DNA of 64,000 bases, from NCBI RefSeq assembly GCF_964194155.1, contig NC_135879.1, forward strand, positions 102,982,001 through 103,046,000. Reading direction: 5' to 3'. The notes below the pieces were generated by a model that saw nothing but the letters and a program-made list of their open reading frames with translations, did no database searches and had not been told where the DNA came from. This stretch comes from Cetorhinus maximus (Eukaryota). Made by a program: the position numbers and the translations under genes. Of this stretch, positions 25,992-38,527 are shown one piece after another. Position 1 is the first letter of the stretch, and each line of letters begins with the position of its first letter.

Positions 25992-28900
25992 AACATTAAG
26001 CTCTGGTGGTTGGTTGTTGAATAAGGAGTTTTTTGCCTATATCCTCGGAGAGAAAAAGAAGCATGCTGCTGCTGACAACCTCAGCTTCAGAATGGCGGAA
26101 GGATGATGCAAAATCTCAGGCTTTCACTATCCATGGAGGCAGAACCATATCAGCAATGGAAAAATGAAGTTGAAATCAGGACACGGATTACCCCTTTACC
26201 CTGGAAGAAGCAAGGTTTGGTCTTGGCTCTATCATTACCTGCAAAAAGTAAGATTCGGAGTAAAGTGTTTTCAGAATTGAATGTGGGTGACTTGAACACC
26301 AAAGAGGGATTAACCCTTCTGTTACAGTTTTTGGATAGGTTTTAGAAAAGGGATGATTTGTTGGATGCATATGAAGTATGGTCAACTTTGATAGATTTAA
26401 GAAAACAGTCAGTCAATGGAGGAGTATATTTTGGATCAGTATATAAGAGACTGAAAACATTTAACTTTGAAATCCTGGCATCTGTATTGGCTTTCAAGTA
26501 AGTGGATTGTGCACGCGTTTCTAATGTCAATAGGTATTTTGTTTTGAAAGGGGTTCAATTTCATGGAAAACACTTGTTCTCAGACCAAATGGCTGCTGCA
26601 CTAAAAAGATTTTTTGGAAAAACAGTCATTTCCAGCTACTTTTCTATCAAATACAGACAACTCTACTGTAAAGCAAAGGATGGAAGACTCCATGGTCACC
26701 GAAGTTCGAGGCCTCAAAAATATTGATGCAAATTTCAATTTAATGATGGGGTTATTGATAGGCAGTCTGAAGATGGTCGCACTTCTGGCCAATTTGAGAA
26801 TTGAGACAAAAAGCGGCTCTGGGATGGCGACTGTTGGCACTTGAACCCAAAATATGCACAGGGAATGATTAATTGGTGTTATTGGTGCAATTCTAAATAT
26901 CATTACGCAATGAATAGGCCTCAGCGAAAGAATCGTATTTTTGAAGTAATGCATAAAATAGATAATTCTGACGCTGAGAATAATGATGGTGGCTGCCAGG
27001 ATGGAATTATGTTGGTCACTTGAAATCTTAATCCAGTGAATAGTATTTTGGTTGCTGATTTGTTCAACTGCGGAATGCTGGATAGCAGTTGCACTTGCAA
27101 TGTGTTGGGTGGATTGCTACCTGGGGTCTCTCGATGAAGCAGATTGGCAGAAGGTTATTGAAGCTCCACCTGTTTTAGGTTTGAGAAGACAAAACACTCA
27201 CATCTACCCAGAAAAGTCGTCCTCCCCCATGCGAGATAGCTGGGATCAGTCTCTTCTTCAGTACTAATGTGGTCTCTAGTGAGATACTGTTGAGAAAATT
27301 TTCGATGAAAAAAGCAGAGATGAAATTAGGCATGGAGAATAACAAAGCAATTGCGTTTGAAAAAAGACATAGATCTACATTTTATGCGATCAGGCCATTG
27401 CTGCCTGCTATTGAGAAAGCCAGATATTTCTTGTTGGGGAATCCAAGCAGTATTGTTAACTCCTGGGGATAAAAGTTTGGTGGACAAGAAAAGGATTATC
27501 TGGAAGTTACACAGAAAATTCACACATCGAGGGTCACAGAAACTGAAAGCTCTGTTGCAAGATGCTGGGGTAGTTGATAGAGAATACAATACCTTTATTG
27601 ACTGAGCTACAGCTCAATGTGACATTTGTGTTAAATATTGAAGGACACCACCGCATCCTGTTGCGAGTCTGCCACTGGCCAGGGAATTTAATGATGTAGT
27701 GGCAATGGACTTAAAAGTATGGGACAAGGATCGGGGTTTTTTTGCTATACTTTGTAGATATGGTGACTAGATTTAGCCTATGTACAGTAGTAAATGGCAG
27801 GACAAACAGGCCATTGCAGACAAGGTCATGGAGAAATGGATGGGTACTAGATTAGGAACACCAACAAAATTCCTGACAGGCAATGGAGGAGAGTTTGCAA
27901 GTAATGAATCTTGGGACCTGTGTGAAAATCTGAATATCATAGTCATGAATGATGTGGCTGAGAGCCTGTTAAGCGAGGGTTTGTGGGAGAGGAACCATGC
28001 AATAATTGATGAAATATTGCATAAGATACTGGCTGACCAACTAGACTGCAAGTTGCAAATGGCACTGGCATGGGCAGTACATGGTAAAAATTCTTTGCAC
28101 GTGGTTGGGGGTATCATCCATAGCATTGGTGTATAGTAGGAATCCAAAGTTGCCTTCAGTGCTATCGGATGCTCTCCCTGCTCTTGAAGGAATTACCATT
28201 AGCTCGATTTTTTTCTGCTGACTTAAATGCCTTACATGCAGGCAGGAAAGCTTTCATCAGAGCTGAGGTTTCATAAAGAATTAGAAGAGCATTGCGACAC
28301 CACGTAAGACCATCTGAGGTAGAATTTACCTCTGGTAATCTGGTTTATGATAAGAGAGAGGGGCAGAAGGAATGGAAAAGTCCAGGGAAAGTTGCGGGAT
28401 GTGAAGGGAAAACTGATTAATCAACATGGGAATCCAATACTAAAAGCCCATTCCTCATGGGTTAGTGGAACTAATTAAGAATTTGTGAATATTGACAAGG
28501 TGATGGAAGCTGACGAAGCACCATGTGCATCGCTAACTCATACATTTTGTGGGGCAAAGCCAGAAGGACAAGATATGATGGATCAGGAGTTAGATATCGG
28601 TAGAAAACCTGATTGTGTTAAACAGGGAGGGGGGCTATTTTGTCAAGAAATCAGCTGCCCTAAGTGGGTTTCTGGGTATTGTATCATCCAGAAGGATTGG
28701 ATAACTGGAGGGATGCAACAATAATGGGATGGGCAGGAAAATCTACTGGAAAATATAAGAATTGGCTGGACATCCAGAATGATGGACAAGCAGTGAAGGC
28801 CATAGACTGGGGGCACAAAGGAAGATAAGAAAGCATAGTCCAAGTTACAGTAATGGGTTGGGTGATGAATCCCGGGTGAGGAAACGTTCATGTACGGTGG

Positions 28901-29218
28901 ACAGGGCCTCAGACAGGGGATCTAACAGTAGGAGCATGGAAAGATTCAGCAGGCAAGTAGAGGTTGAAGCTTGACGAGACAACATAGTAGAGTAGAGAGT
29001 GCTGAATCTTCACAAAAACATAGCAGAAGCAGGAGTCCTCATGGCCAAGAAGTTTTTGTAATGGCCAATAAGTTAGGGGATAAAGCTATACAGAAGGTTA
29101 AAGAGAGGGAGTTGTATAATTGGTGGGAGATTGGTATGTATTCAGAAATCCCAAATAAGAATCCGCCAGCATTGTAACATAAGTGGCCTGGAAAAGGTCC
29201 AACTGGATGGAAGTTATA

Positions 29219-29909
29219 GGGCAGAATATTCCGCTTGGCATGTGGGTGGGTGCCCAACACACTCAAGCATGAAATAGCATGCAATGATGTCGGGTGAGCA
29301 TCCTACTTCATCATACACTCACGTGTTATTTTGGTCAGCGGGCATGCGCTAGAGTCGGCAGCATGCTCGCCGACAATTAAGAGGTCTATTAAGGCCATTA
29401 AAGTAGCAATTAGTGGCAATTTTTCGCTGCCCGTCCAACGTAACAGTTGGTGGCCAAATCAGCCAGGAGGCCTTTGCATTTTTGAGGAAACCTCATCCAA
29501 GGTCACGATGAGGTTTCTGTGATTAATTAATAAAAAGATTAAAATGTTTTGAAAGAACTTTCTTCATCCGTATGTTGAGGTGTCTCATTCTGACACATGG
29601 ACATTTTTTCCTGAGTTTACATTCTGTTTTAAATGAATTTAAATTTGTCAGTTCCCTGAGGCAGCTCTCTGCCTTCAGGGGGCTTTCCTTCCACGCTCCC
29701 CCGCACCTGCGCTGACTTCAGCACTCGCCCTCCTCCTGCCCCTACCCCGGCAGCACTGAGCCTTTCAGTGCACCTTTCATGCTGGCTGGTCATTAATTGG
29801 CCAGGCAGCATGAATTCGTGGTTGGGGCCTGGTGGTGGTCGGCAGTCCGTTTCCCAGCCGCTCCCGAGCCCACCAGTCGTGGTGGCCCGCCGATCCAAAA
29901 ATTCTACCC
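29219..29909 (-). mobile_element. Harbinger-type MITE inserted in Copia RT
   Basis: GGGCAGAATATT / AAAATTCTACCC ends and ATA TSD. Removal restores DGSYKAKSRLVAWGFE. Confidence 0.93.
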
Positions 29910-31055
29910 ATAAGGCCAAATCTAGGTTAGTGGCCTGGGGATTTGAAGGATGCTTAGCGATAAATAGGTCAGAGTGGGCTGCCCCACAGCAGGGAAGGTA
30001 ATTTTGAACATTTTTTGGCCCTTTTGGCAGTGTCTTCGTGGGAGTGTGTAAGTCGATAGATACAAAAGTTGCATCTCTGCAGGGGAAATCACCTCCAGAG
30101 GGAAGTGTTTCTCAAACCTCCTAAGGAGGTACCAGAGGTAGAGGGAAAACTTTGGAGGTGAATGAGTGTGTTTGTGGTCTAAACGATGGTTCCAGAGTGT
30201 GGCACTTATCAGTTCGATCAGTGTTGTTAAAATTGTATTGTATTAAAGGCAAACCCTGCCATATTTTACCAGTACCACGGTGGGCATCTTCATGATGCAT
30301 GTTGACTACTTCCTATGTGGTGGGACTAGTGAGTTTCAAAACAAAGTTAATGATAGGATTAGAACAGGCTTTAAGATTGGGAGTCAGGCTGATAGAGCCT
30401 TTAATTATATTGGATTAGAAATATTGAAGTATGGGTCTGAGGTTACTTAACGCCAGCAATCGTACTTAGAAAGTGTTTGCCCTATCACAGCCAGTCAGGC
30501 TAGGTCCTCACCAAAAGGTGCAGATGCTTCCAAAGATGAGCCACAGCAGTTGCAAAATCTGATTGGGCAATTAAAATGGCTGGGCACTCAGGCGAGGCCG
30601 GATGCAAGCTTTGATGTTCTTGAACTGAGCACTATAATGGTACATCCCAATATCCAGGACATTAAAAAAGTTAAAGATGGAGAAATGTGTACTCAAGTTT
30701 CCATATTTGGGCGACCCTAAGAATATAAAATTGATTGTGTTCAGTGCTGCCTCTCATGCAAACCTTATTAGTGGGTTTTTAAATGCAGCAGGTTTCATAA
30801 TATTTCTTGTGGGTGAAAATGTGAAATGTTGCCCCTTAGATCAGGAAGTCAAGAAAATAGGTGAGTTGTAAAGAGCACCCTGGCTACAGAGACTCTCGCA
30901 CTAGTAGAGGCGGTTGACATGGCATTCCCTTTATCTAAAACACTAGGGGAAACACTACATGGGAGAATTGATGAAGAAAATGTCCCAATAGAATGTTATA
31001 TTGACAATTGATCCTTTTGGGATAACATACACTCCATAAAGAATGTGAGTGAAAA

Positions 31056-31790
31056 AACGCAACTGGGTGACCGCTTTGCAGAACACCTGCGGTCTGTCTG
31101 CAAGAAAGACCCAAACCTCCCTGTCGCTTGCCATTTTAACACTCCACCCTGCTCTCTTGCCCACATGTCTGTCCTTGGCTTGCTGCATTGTTCCAGTGAA
31201 GCCCAACGCAAACTGGAGGAACAGCACCTCACCTTCCGACTAGACACTTTACAGCCTTCCGGGTTGAATATTGAATTCAACAACTTTAGACCTTAAACTC
31301 CCTCCCCCCATCCCCACCCCGTTTCTTCCCCCTCCCTTTTGTTTTTTTCAATAATTTATATAGATTTTTCTTTTCCCACCTGTTTCCATTATTTTAAAAT
31401 CTACAACTAATACCTTGTCAGTCTTTCCAACCCACCCCCACTAGAGCTGTATCTTGAGTGTCCTGCCATCCATTCTTAATTAGCACATTTTCTTAGATAA
31501 TATCACCACCTTCAACACCTCTTTGATCCTTTTGTCTGTGACATCTTTTGATTATCTGCTCCTATCACTGCTTGCTTGTCCCTACAACCACCGCCCCCCC
31601 AAACTTCTCTCCCCCCACCCCCCCCCCCACAACTCCCCCACCCCCCACCTTAAACCAGCTTATATTTCACCCCTCTCCTAACTACACTCAGTTCTGTTGA
31701 AGGGTCATGAGGATTCGAAACGTCGACTCTTTTCTTCTCCACCGATGCTACCAGACCTGCTGAGTTTTTCCAGGTAATTCTGTTTTTGTT
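31056..31790 (+). mobile_element. Penelope-like element 3' fragment (GIY-YIG C-terminus and pLTR) in Copia RNase H
   Basis: LGDRFAEHLRSV...PVACHFN...RKLEEQHLTFRLDTLQPSGLNIEF. The Copia frame NVSEK..RID resumes afterwards. Confidence 0.92.
31690..31728 (+). ncRNA. Minimal type I hammerhead-ribozyme-like motif (variant core)
   Basis: AGTT-CTGTTGA-A-GGGTC atgag GATTC-GAAA-C-GTC-GACT. Stems I and II pair with G-U wobbles. Core CUGUUGA deviates from CUGANGA. Confidence 0.6.
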
Positions 31791-31998
31791 ATGAATCGAT
31801 GTCACAAGTCTAAAACAAATGTTGGAGAAAAAGGAAATCTCGAAGCTCCAATGGGTCAATACAAGCCATCAGTTATCAGATTGTTTCACCAAAAGGAAGG
31901 CTTGCACTGAACTGAATTATTGGGGGTATTAGAAGAGGGACAACTCAGGATGTGAGTTTTGAAAATGTGTGTCTTATTTTTCTGTCTTCAGCTTTATT

Positions 31999-33700
31999 GG
32001 GCCATAACTTCCTCGGAACGGCAATCAGCGTCGGATTGCCACTCCGTGTCTTATTACTTACACAAATTTTCTTCCATGCCTGTCTCACCCGACCATCTGG
32101 CTCAGACCAGGCAAGATCCAGGCAGCGCAGCTGTCTCCGAAGCCCAGCGTCGCAGTCCAGCAGAGTCGGATCGAAGAAGGACACGCACCCTTTTTTAGGG
32201 TACTAGCTGCTGTAAAGCAGGTGACTTTAAAGGTCCGATTGAAGTTGACAGGCCCGGTAGAAGGTAAGTGTCTAAGGTAAGTGGGTAGGATTTGGGAGGC
32301 GGAGGGATCAGAGGTCAGGGGTGAGAGATGTTGGACATCAGGGGTTGGGGTGGTGGGGGTTGGACATCGGTAGGAGGGGTTGGGGTGGTCAGACACCAGT
32401 GGAGGCATTGTCAGACATTGAGGGGGAGGGGGGCGGTGTTGGACATGGGGGAGGCTGGGGGTTGTCAGACTTCAAAGAGGGGTTGGGGGCCAGTGACTGT
32501 GAAAGTGACTGTGGCACTCAATTTTTACGCCAATTGCTCCTTTCAGGGCTCCACAGGTGACCTCTTTGGGATATCACAAGCCTCCACCCACAAATGCATC
32601 CATGAGGCCACAGAAGCCATCTTCATGAGAGCACACAACTTTGTACATTTTGCCCGGGACCAGGACAGCCAGGATGCAAGATTGATTGGATTTGCCCAGA
32701 TCTCAGGTTTCCCACAAGTGCAGGGTGCAATTGCTCACAGTAATCAGCACCAGGCTTTGCAGGAAGCACCAAATGACTTTCAAGGGGGTGTCAGAGGCAA
32801 GTCTCTACCTACCAGAACAGTGATAAGGCAAAGGTGGTTTTAATAGGCTGCAAAGTTAGGGCTGCACTGGAGGGTACCGGTGGGGAAGGCTGCCCTCAGA
32901 CACATGACCGGGGGGAGGGTGCGGGAGGGTTATCATCCTCTGTGGCAGGATGGGCAGAGAGTATGTTACAGAATGACATAAGCCACTTGGAGCCAGAATG
33001 GGAGGGAGACTGAGTGAAGAAGCGCCTCAGTTCACATTATTGAGCTTGCAAAGACTGTCCATGTCTCAGTCCAGGGAGGAGGAGGGCATGTCAGTCCCAG
33101 CCTCAGTCGTGCTCAGCATGTTGTGTGTAGTGCAATGTCGTAACATCACATGCCTCGGTCCATGGGGTTTCTGGCAACATATTGGGCCGTAGTTGGCACA
33201 CTCAGTCAGGGGAGGCATCTGCAGCCTACAGGTGCGGAAAAAGCATTGTGGGGGTATCTGAGGCTGTGTGTGGGGGGTGGTATCTGTGTAACTGTGCAAA
33301 TGTCCTCAAGATAGGGAGGGGTGAGGTTAATTCACGACATAGATACATCCACCTCAAAATGTTAAGGGGCTAACGAACAGGTATCCACCACAATCATGAT
33401 GGGATCAAGGAAAACAGAGGGCGGATTGCGAGGTCTGTGAGGGAGGGAAACCTGAACATGAAGCTACTTTGGGATGATGGGAGGGGTTTCCTCACTCATA
33501 CAGGGAGGGTCCAAGCTGATCTGGCAGTGAAAGCTCAGCACCACCACCTTCCATCCTGCAGCAATGGCGCAGCACAAAATTAAAATGAGAAGAAGCTCTG
33601 TTGGTGAGGGCTCTAAGGGGGCATTGGCAAGCAGGTGCATTCACTGGGGGGGGGCGACTAAAGGGGCACCAAACTGAATTGTGTATTCCCAAATAAGGAG
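31999..33700 (+). mobile_element. Deleted Harbinger element with transposase fragment (about 32488-32732) and degenerate minus-strand Myb start
   Basis: GGGCCATAACTT terminus. VKVTVALNFYANCSFQGSTGDLFGISQ...GFPQVQGAI. Right boundary uncertain. Confidence 0.75.
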
Positions 33701-34299
33701 AGATGCACAGCTGAGACATGTTAGGAGCCTTTCAATAACAGTGCAGGGAAAGTGAAGCAATGATGCACATTCATGCGAATCCAGCAAAGTGGCACTAATT
33801 GATCTCTTTGTTTTAACCCTTTGTTCACAGCATGAAAATTCCCCAGAGGGATAACAAACTCCAGAGCAATTGGGCAACTGGGCAAGCCCCAGAAGTGTTT
33901 TAGAATCGTGGCACTGGACTGTTCACTGAAGAGAAGCCTCAGGCCCCCGTCAAATAATCTCATTTCCTGACTAAACATTTACCTTGATGTTTATTCCAGA
34001 GTGTAGTATCAGAGTGCAGTGAATGAGGAGCCGAGTGCCTGGGCTGAAAACAATACATTCAAGCACCTGGCCAAAACAATGTCAGTTGGTCATGTAAAGG
34101 TTGGGGTTGTTGGGAGCACTTGAAACACACCCCACACTGGCCATCATTTCAAGTGCGTGTAGTTGCCAACACAGGAACAAAGCTCTTGAACCCACATTCA
34201 CTGACGAGTCATTGGCAGAAAGAGGGCCTTTGGAGACTGATGCTGACTCATGTCTGTTTCTTATTGATGCTGCAGAGAGGAGACCATCAGGAAGGTGGA

Positions 34300-35505
34300 G
34301 GCTGGGTTTATTGTTGCTCGCATAACCCCAAAAAAGCAGGAGAGAAGGAAAAGATTGCAATGGAGGCACCTGGCTTGCCTAAGGGAGGACCAAAATGTAG
34401 AGGATGAGGTTCACAGAGACATCATGTGTAGGCAGCTTGCAAGACTGAAGGTGTACTGAACTCACCTGTCTTATCTTCAGATGAGCGAGAACCAGTATCA
34501 CCGACGCCTCCACGTGTCCAGGGATCTGGTGACTCGCATTTGCCACATTCTCCAGGAATTGGTGCCATGAGGACTGGGAGGGCATCCATTGCCACTGGCT
34601 CTGAAGGTAATTCAGCACTCAACTTCTATGCCACCGGCTCCTTCCAGGGCTCCACTGGGGACTTCTACGAGATCTCTCAAGCATCCACGCACAAATGCGT
34701 ATATGAGCTGACATACGCCTTTTTTGCCAAGACCTACAATTACATCAACTTCGACAGAGATCAAGCAAGCCAGGACACCAGAGCACTGGGCTTCGCAGAG
34801 ATTTCCAGATTTCCATAGGTACAGGGTGCCATCGACTGCACTCATGTGGCTATATAATCTCCCTGGCAACAGGCACTGCAATATATAAACAGGGAAGGCT
34901 ACAACTTGCTCAATGTACAGCTGGTCTGTGAACACAAGAAACTGATCATGCAGGTTTGCACCAGATACCAAAGAAGCATCCACGACTCATACATCTTGAA
35001 TAGATCACAGGTCCTGGATATCTTCCAGGGACCACACAGGATCCAGGGCTGGCTCCTCAGTGACAAAGGGTACCTGCAATGGTTGATGACGTCTGTTTGG
35101 CGACCTCAGACCCCTGCAGAGAGAAACTAGAACAAGGTTCATGTTGCTTGCCAAACAGTGGTGGAGCACACCATAAGGGTCTTAAGATGTGATTCCGATG
35201 CCTCAACAGATGTGGCGGAGCACTCCAGTACAGCAACCAGATGCTCTCACAGATCATCGTGGCTTGCTGCACTCTGCACAAACTGGTGCTGAAAAGTGGG
35301 GGGGATAGCACTTGCCAGATGCTGACATGGAGGAACTACACATCTCATCCGATGAGGAGGACATCGAAGGGGATGAGGGCGTTGAGTTGGAGGAAGTCAA
35401 GGCTGCAGGGGAAGGGGCCATGGCATGGGCCAGATGAGACAGGCATGCGTGTGAGGCCCTAATAGCCACTAGATTCCACGAGGAGAAGGATGAGTTGCAG
35501 TGACT
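34300..35505 (+). pseudogene. HARBI1-like DDE transposase (DDE_Tnp_4 type), decayed
   Basis: ALNFYATGSFQ, GAIDCTHVAI, LNVQLVCEH, SIHDSYIL, WLLSDKGY, VVEHTI, IIVACCTLH and an acidic tail. Multiple stops and frameshifts. Confidence 0.93.
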
Positions 35506-36407
35506 CTTAGACCAGCACCCTCCATCATGGGCCAACATTAACACCAGTATTGCTATTCTTCCTATTTCAACCATGAACTTCAATATGAGAGTGAGTAGTC
35601 ACACATCAGGCTCACGTTGTCCTGAACCTTTGAAGAATAATGAAGCCTCAGGAGCCTGTGTCCTTGCTGAGATGAGGTACTAACTGGAGGAGGGAGTCCC
35701 AGCATCAGGCATCAGGAGGTGCTGCCTCTTCAAGCATCTTTCCAGCATCCAATCACAGTGGCAGCCCAATAGCTGCCCCAGTATCGTCAGTGGGCACGTA
35801 GCACGTAGCTTCTATATGACAAAGCTCCTCAAGGAGATCCATCTCCAGTAATGGGACAACACATTCTGTGTAACGTTGATGGTGAAACTGATAGGTGACA
35901 CTTGGGCCCAGGCAGCCAAGGACATTCTGCAAGTGTGGGTCTATTCAGAGATGACTCAATCTTTTGTCACCTTCTTCTCAATCACATTAACATCCGGCAC
36001 TCCCAATTAGGAATGCTGGCCCGTTTTTACCCTCGCCTTACTATACATGTGGATCACCTGAGGATGACAACATTCAACCATTTGAGTGCCAGACATTAAA
36101 ATGTCTCCTCTTTAAGACACACATTGTGCTCTCATGGCCCCTGTGAACTCCAAAATGCTGAGACAACATGAAGCCCTCAAGGTGACGAGCCATTGCTAAT
36201 AAAAGCAGGCTTTGGCTTCAGTACATCCTCTCTCCTATCCCATTGCTCCCCTTAAAATTGTCTAAAATTACAATGTACGCTTCCAGAGCATGCTCAAAGG
36301 CTTTATTGACCATGGAATATCACCATTTGCAATTAGCATCACTCGTCTCAGCCAATGGTTAGGTAATGGGACGCACAGCACTTCATCCTAACATTGTGAT
36401 GAAAGCC

Positions 36408-36920
36408 TTATGGATGGCTCAAGGTTGTAAATTCGAGTGCCATGGCAATAATGTGGCTGAGAGGGGCAGATATTTGGCACCTTGAGGTGGCAAGATCCCC
36501 CCATTTATTGGTCAGTTTAGCAGGTGTATACTCAGAAAGCGGGAATGCGGTTGGCAGACAGGAGCGGACACAAGTTCTGAATATTTTCTCATAGCATGAA
36601 AACCCTGCCGGATGATGGACAGCATGTGGAGTGGGATGATTTCTGACCCTTCTCCAAGCGTAAACACATCTCTTCTTGTCCAATACATCTTGACCTTTCA
36701 AGAATGCAGACGAGATTGGAGAACACCTCTTCCTCAGTCTTACACAGCCAAGAATAAACATGACATGACTCTGCAAAGAATGTGAACGAGGGTCGTTCCG
36801 CAAAACACGCTTAACATTAAGGCCTGGCAAAGGGCCACACACTGTGGTGATATGGAAGCATGCTGCATAGATGAGGGGCCCACAATAGCGACATCTGCGA
36901 TAAGTGGGAGAAGGCACCAT
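36408..36920 (-). CDS. Candidate third (cargo) ORF of a Harbinger element, Cys/His-rich, 170 aa, unknown function
   Basis: Open for 170 codons from ACCATGG, downstream of the Myb stop. Aligns at codon level with 48157-48471. Confidence 0.45.
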   Translation of the reverse strand: MVPSPTYRRCRYCGPLIYAACFHITTVCGPLPGLNVKRVLRNDPRSHSLQSHVMFILGCVRLRKRCSPISSAFLKGQDVLDKKRCVYAWRRVRNHPTPHAVHHPAGFSCYEKIFRTCVRSCLPTAFPLSEYTPAKLTNKWGDLATSRCQISAPLSHIIAMALEFTTLSHP

Positions 36921-37057
36921 GGTATCACACCTGATTGACAGTGACACAGCTCACCTTAAAAAGGAAGCAGACAGAAGAGATGTGAAATGGGTGTGATTGC
37001 ATTTACATTTGTGAACATTATATACATGTTGTGAACACCCTTGCCACTTTTCTGCTC

Positions 37058-38527
37058 CTAAATTTTTTTAACTTTCCTAACCCTACCGCTACGTCTTGGT
37101 GCTTCCCTGACATGCAGAGCGGAAGTGGAGGTGGCCTGCTGACTGCTACGCCCTGTTGTCTGTGAGGTCCTTGGTGGGCATCCTCTGGAGGGCCGAGACC
37201 TGGAAGGCCTGGCCTGCTTTGGGTGCTCTGCTGTGGGGCAGGTGCACCCCCTTCGGCCTGTGGAGATGGAGGTGATGGGGTCACAGGAAGAGGGGATTAG
37301 GATCGGCTGGACAATCCGAGAGGTACCTGGGTGGATGGCCCCAAGGTGTCCAGCTGCTGATACTCCTCATTATGGCCCTAGAAGGGGGATCTGGAGTGAT
37401 ATCTAGGTGCCTCGCTCCCCCACCACCCCCCCAACTCCCCCATCTCATGTAGCCACTGATGGATAGCACCAATGGCTACAGCGATGGACCACTACTCCTG
37501 CAGCAGTGTAGGACTGATGTCCTGCATCAAGGTCTTCATGGTGGCCAACACCATACCAGTGTTGGCCTCGATGCATTGGCATGCCGGCATAGGCCAAAGG
37601 TGGCGGACTCCTCCATCCTCCCTTGCAATCTGAGGAATGCAGCTGTCATCCCTTCCTGATGTTCCCATGAATGTCGCTGCTGCTCCAGCAACTGACTTAG
37701 GACTGAGTCCGGAGGCTCATCATCTGACTTAGATTTAGCAGTACTGTGAACTCCAGCAGTCCTCCAAGTGCCTGCGACCTTGGATGTCCCAGCCTCGGCC
37801 TGCTGTGGACCAGATTGTGCACTGTGTTCACAAGATTGTGACCCCGAGGCTGCTCTAGAACTAGGTCCCACTGAGGCGTTTGTCTCTGTGGTGGTGCAAG
37901 GTGTGAGTGAGCGCTGTAATGGGTCTTCTATGATGCTCTCCTCTAGTTCCTCATCCGAGGTGTCATCGGGCCTGGCTTGTGGATTCCTTTGGGCACTTTC
38001 CAGAGGTGCCTATGAAAGGGAATAGAGACAATTAGTGCATGGCAGGCAACTCTAAAACAGGACAATGCAGTCACTGCATGGTTTTCTAATGGATGAGCTG
38101 GTGCAGGATCCTCCCTTGGGTGTGCGCCACCCACCGCACCGTTGGCATCGGCATGGTCCACGTCCTCTCCAGCCAGCTCGATGGCTCTGTTCTCATAGGG
38201 AGTGAGGATCTTGATTTCTGCCACTCCGCCCCTGGTCTGAGACCTCTCCCTCTGATTGTGTGTGAGCTTCCTGCATGAAGACGAATGGAGAGTGTGAGCA
38301 GAACACATGCCAAGGCAGATGATAAGGAATCCTGGCATGAGTGGGTGGTGAGTGCAGCCATGGACAGGATGAGGAACTGAACTGCAGAGGATATGAGGCC
38401 AGATAGATGTGTGAAGGTTTGTGTGAGAGAGTGAGCGGTGCTGTCCATTTAGCTGGCAGTGAGTGAGATGCCAGTGAATGTGTGATGGATTTGTGAGTGT
38501 TTGAGTTGAAGATGATGAGATGGTTGA
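37058..38527 (-). pseudogene. Harbinger Myb/SANT-partner gene, exons 2-3, convergent with the transposase
   Basis: KLTHNQRERSQTRGGVAEIKILTPYENRAIELAGED, acceptors at 38271 and 38010, C-terminus APRRSGRVRKVKKI*. Exon 1 is lost at the Gypsy junction. Confidence 0.85.

Larger units (their letters stand above)
25608..31990 (+). mobile_element. Ty1/Copia LTR retrotransposon (decayed; gag-PR-IN-RT-RH; 3' LTR missing)
   Basis: Putative LTR ending TTAACA at 25976, then PBS. Gag WKNEVE and CxxCxSxYH knuckle. PR MLDSSC. IN KLHRKFTH, CDIC, AMDLK, GNGGEF, ERNHAII. RT YKAKSRLVAWGFE, MHVDYF. RH VKSTLATETLAL, QLSDCFTK. Integrase precedes RT. Confidence 0.93.

Noticed and set aside
31045-31296. Copia RNase H fused to a GIY-YIG nuclease
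   Set aside because: A Penelope insertion at an AAACG microhomology. The Copia sequence resumes at 31791.
31590-31650. Functional G-quadruplex element (C-runs)
   Set aside because: Poly-C tract within the Penelope pLTR with nothing to support a separate function.
34300-35505. Domesticated HARBI1 host gene
   Set aside because: Multiple stops and frameshifts, several paralogous copies, and a transposon context with a convergent Myb gene.
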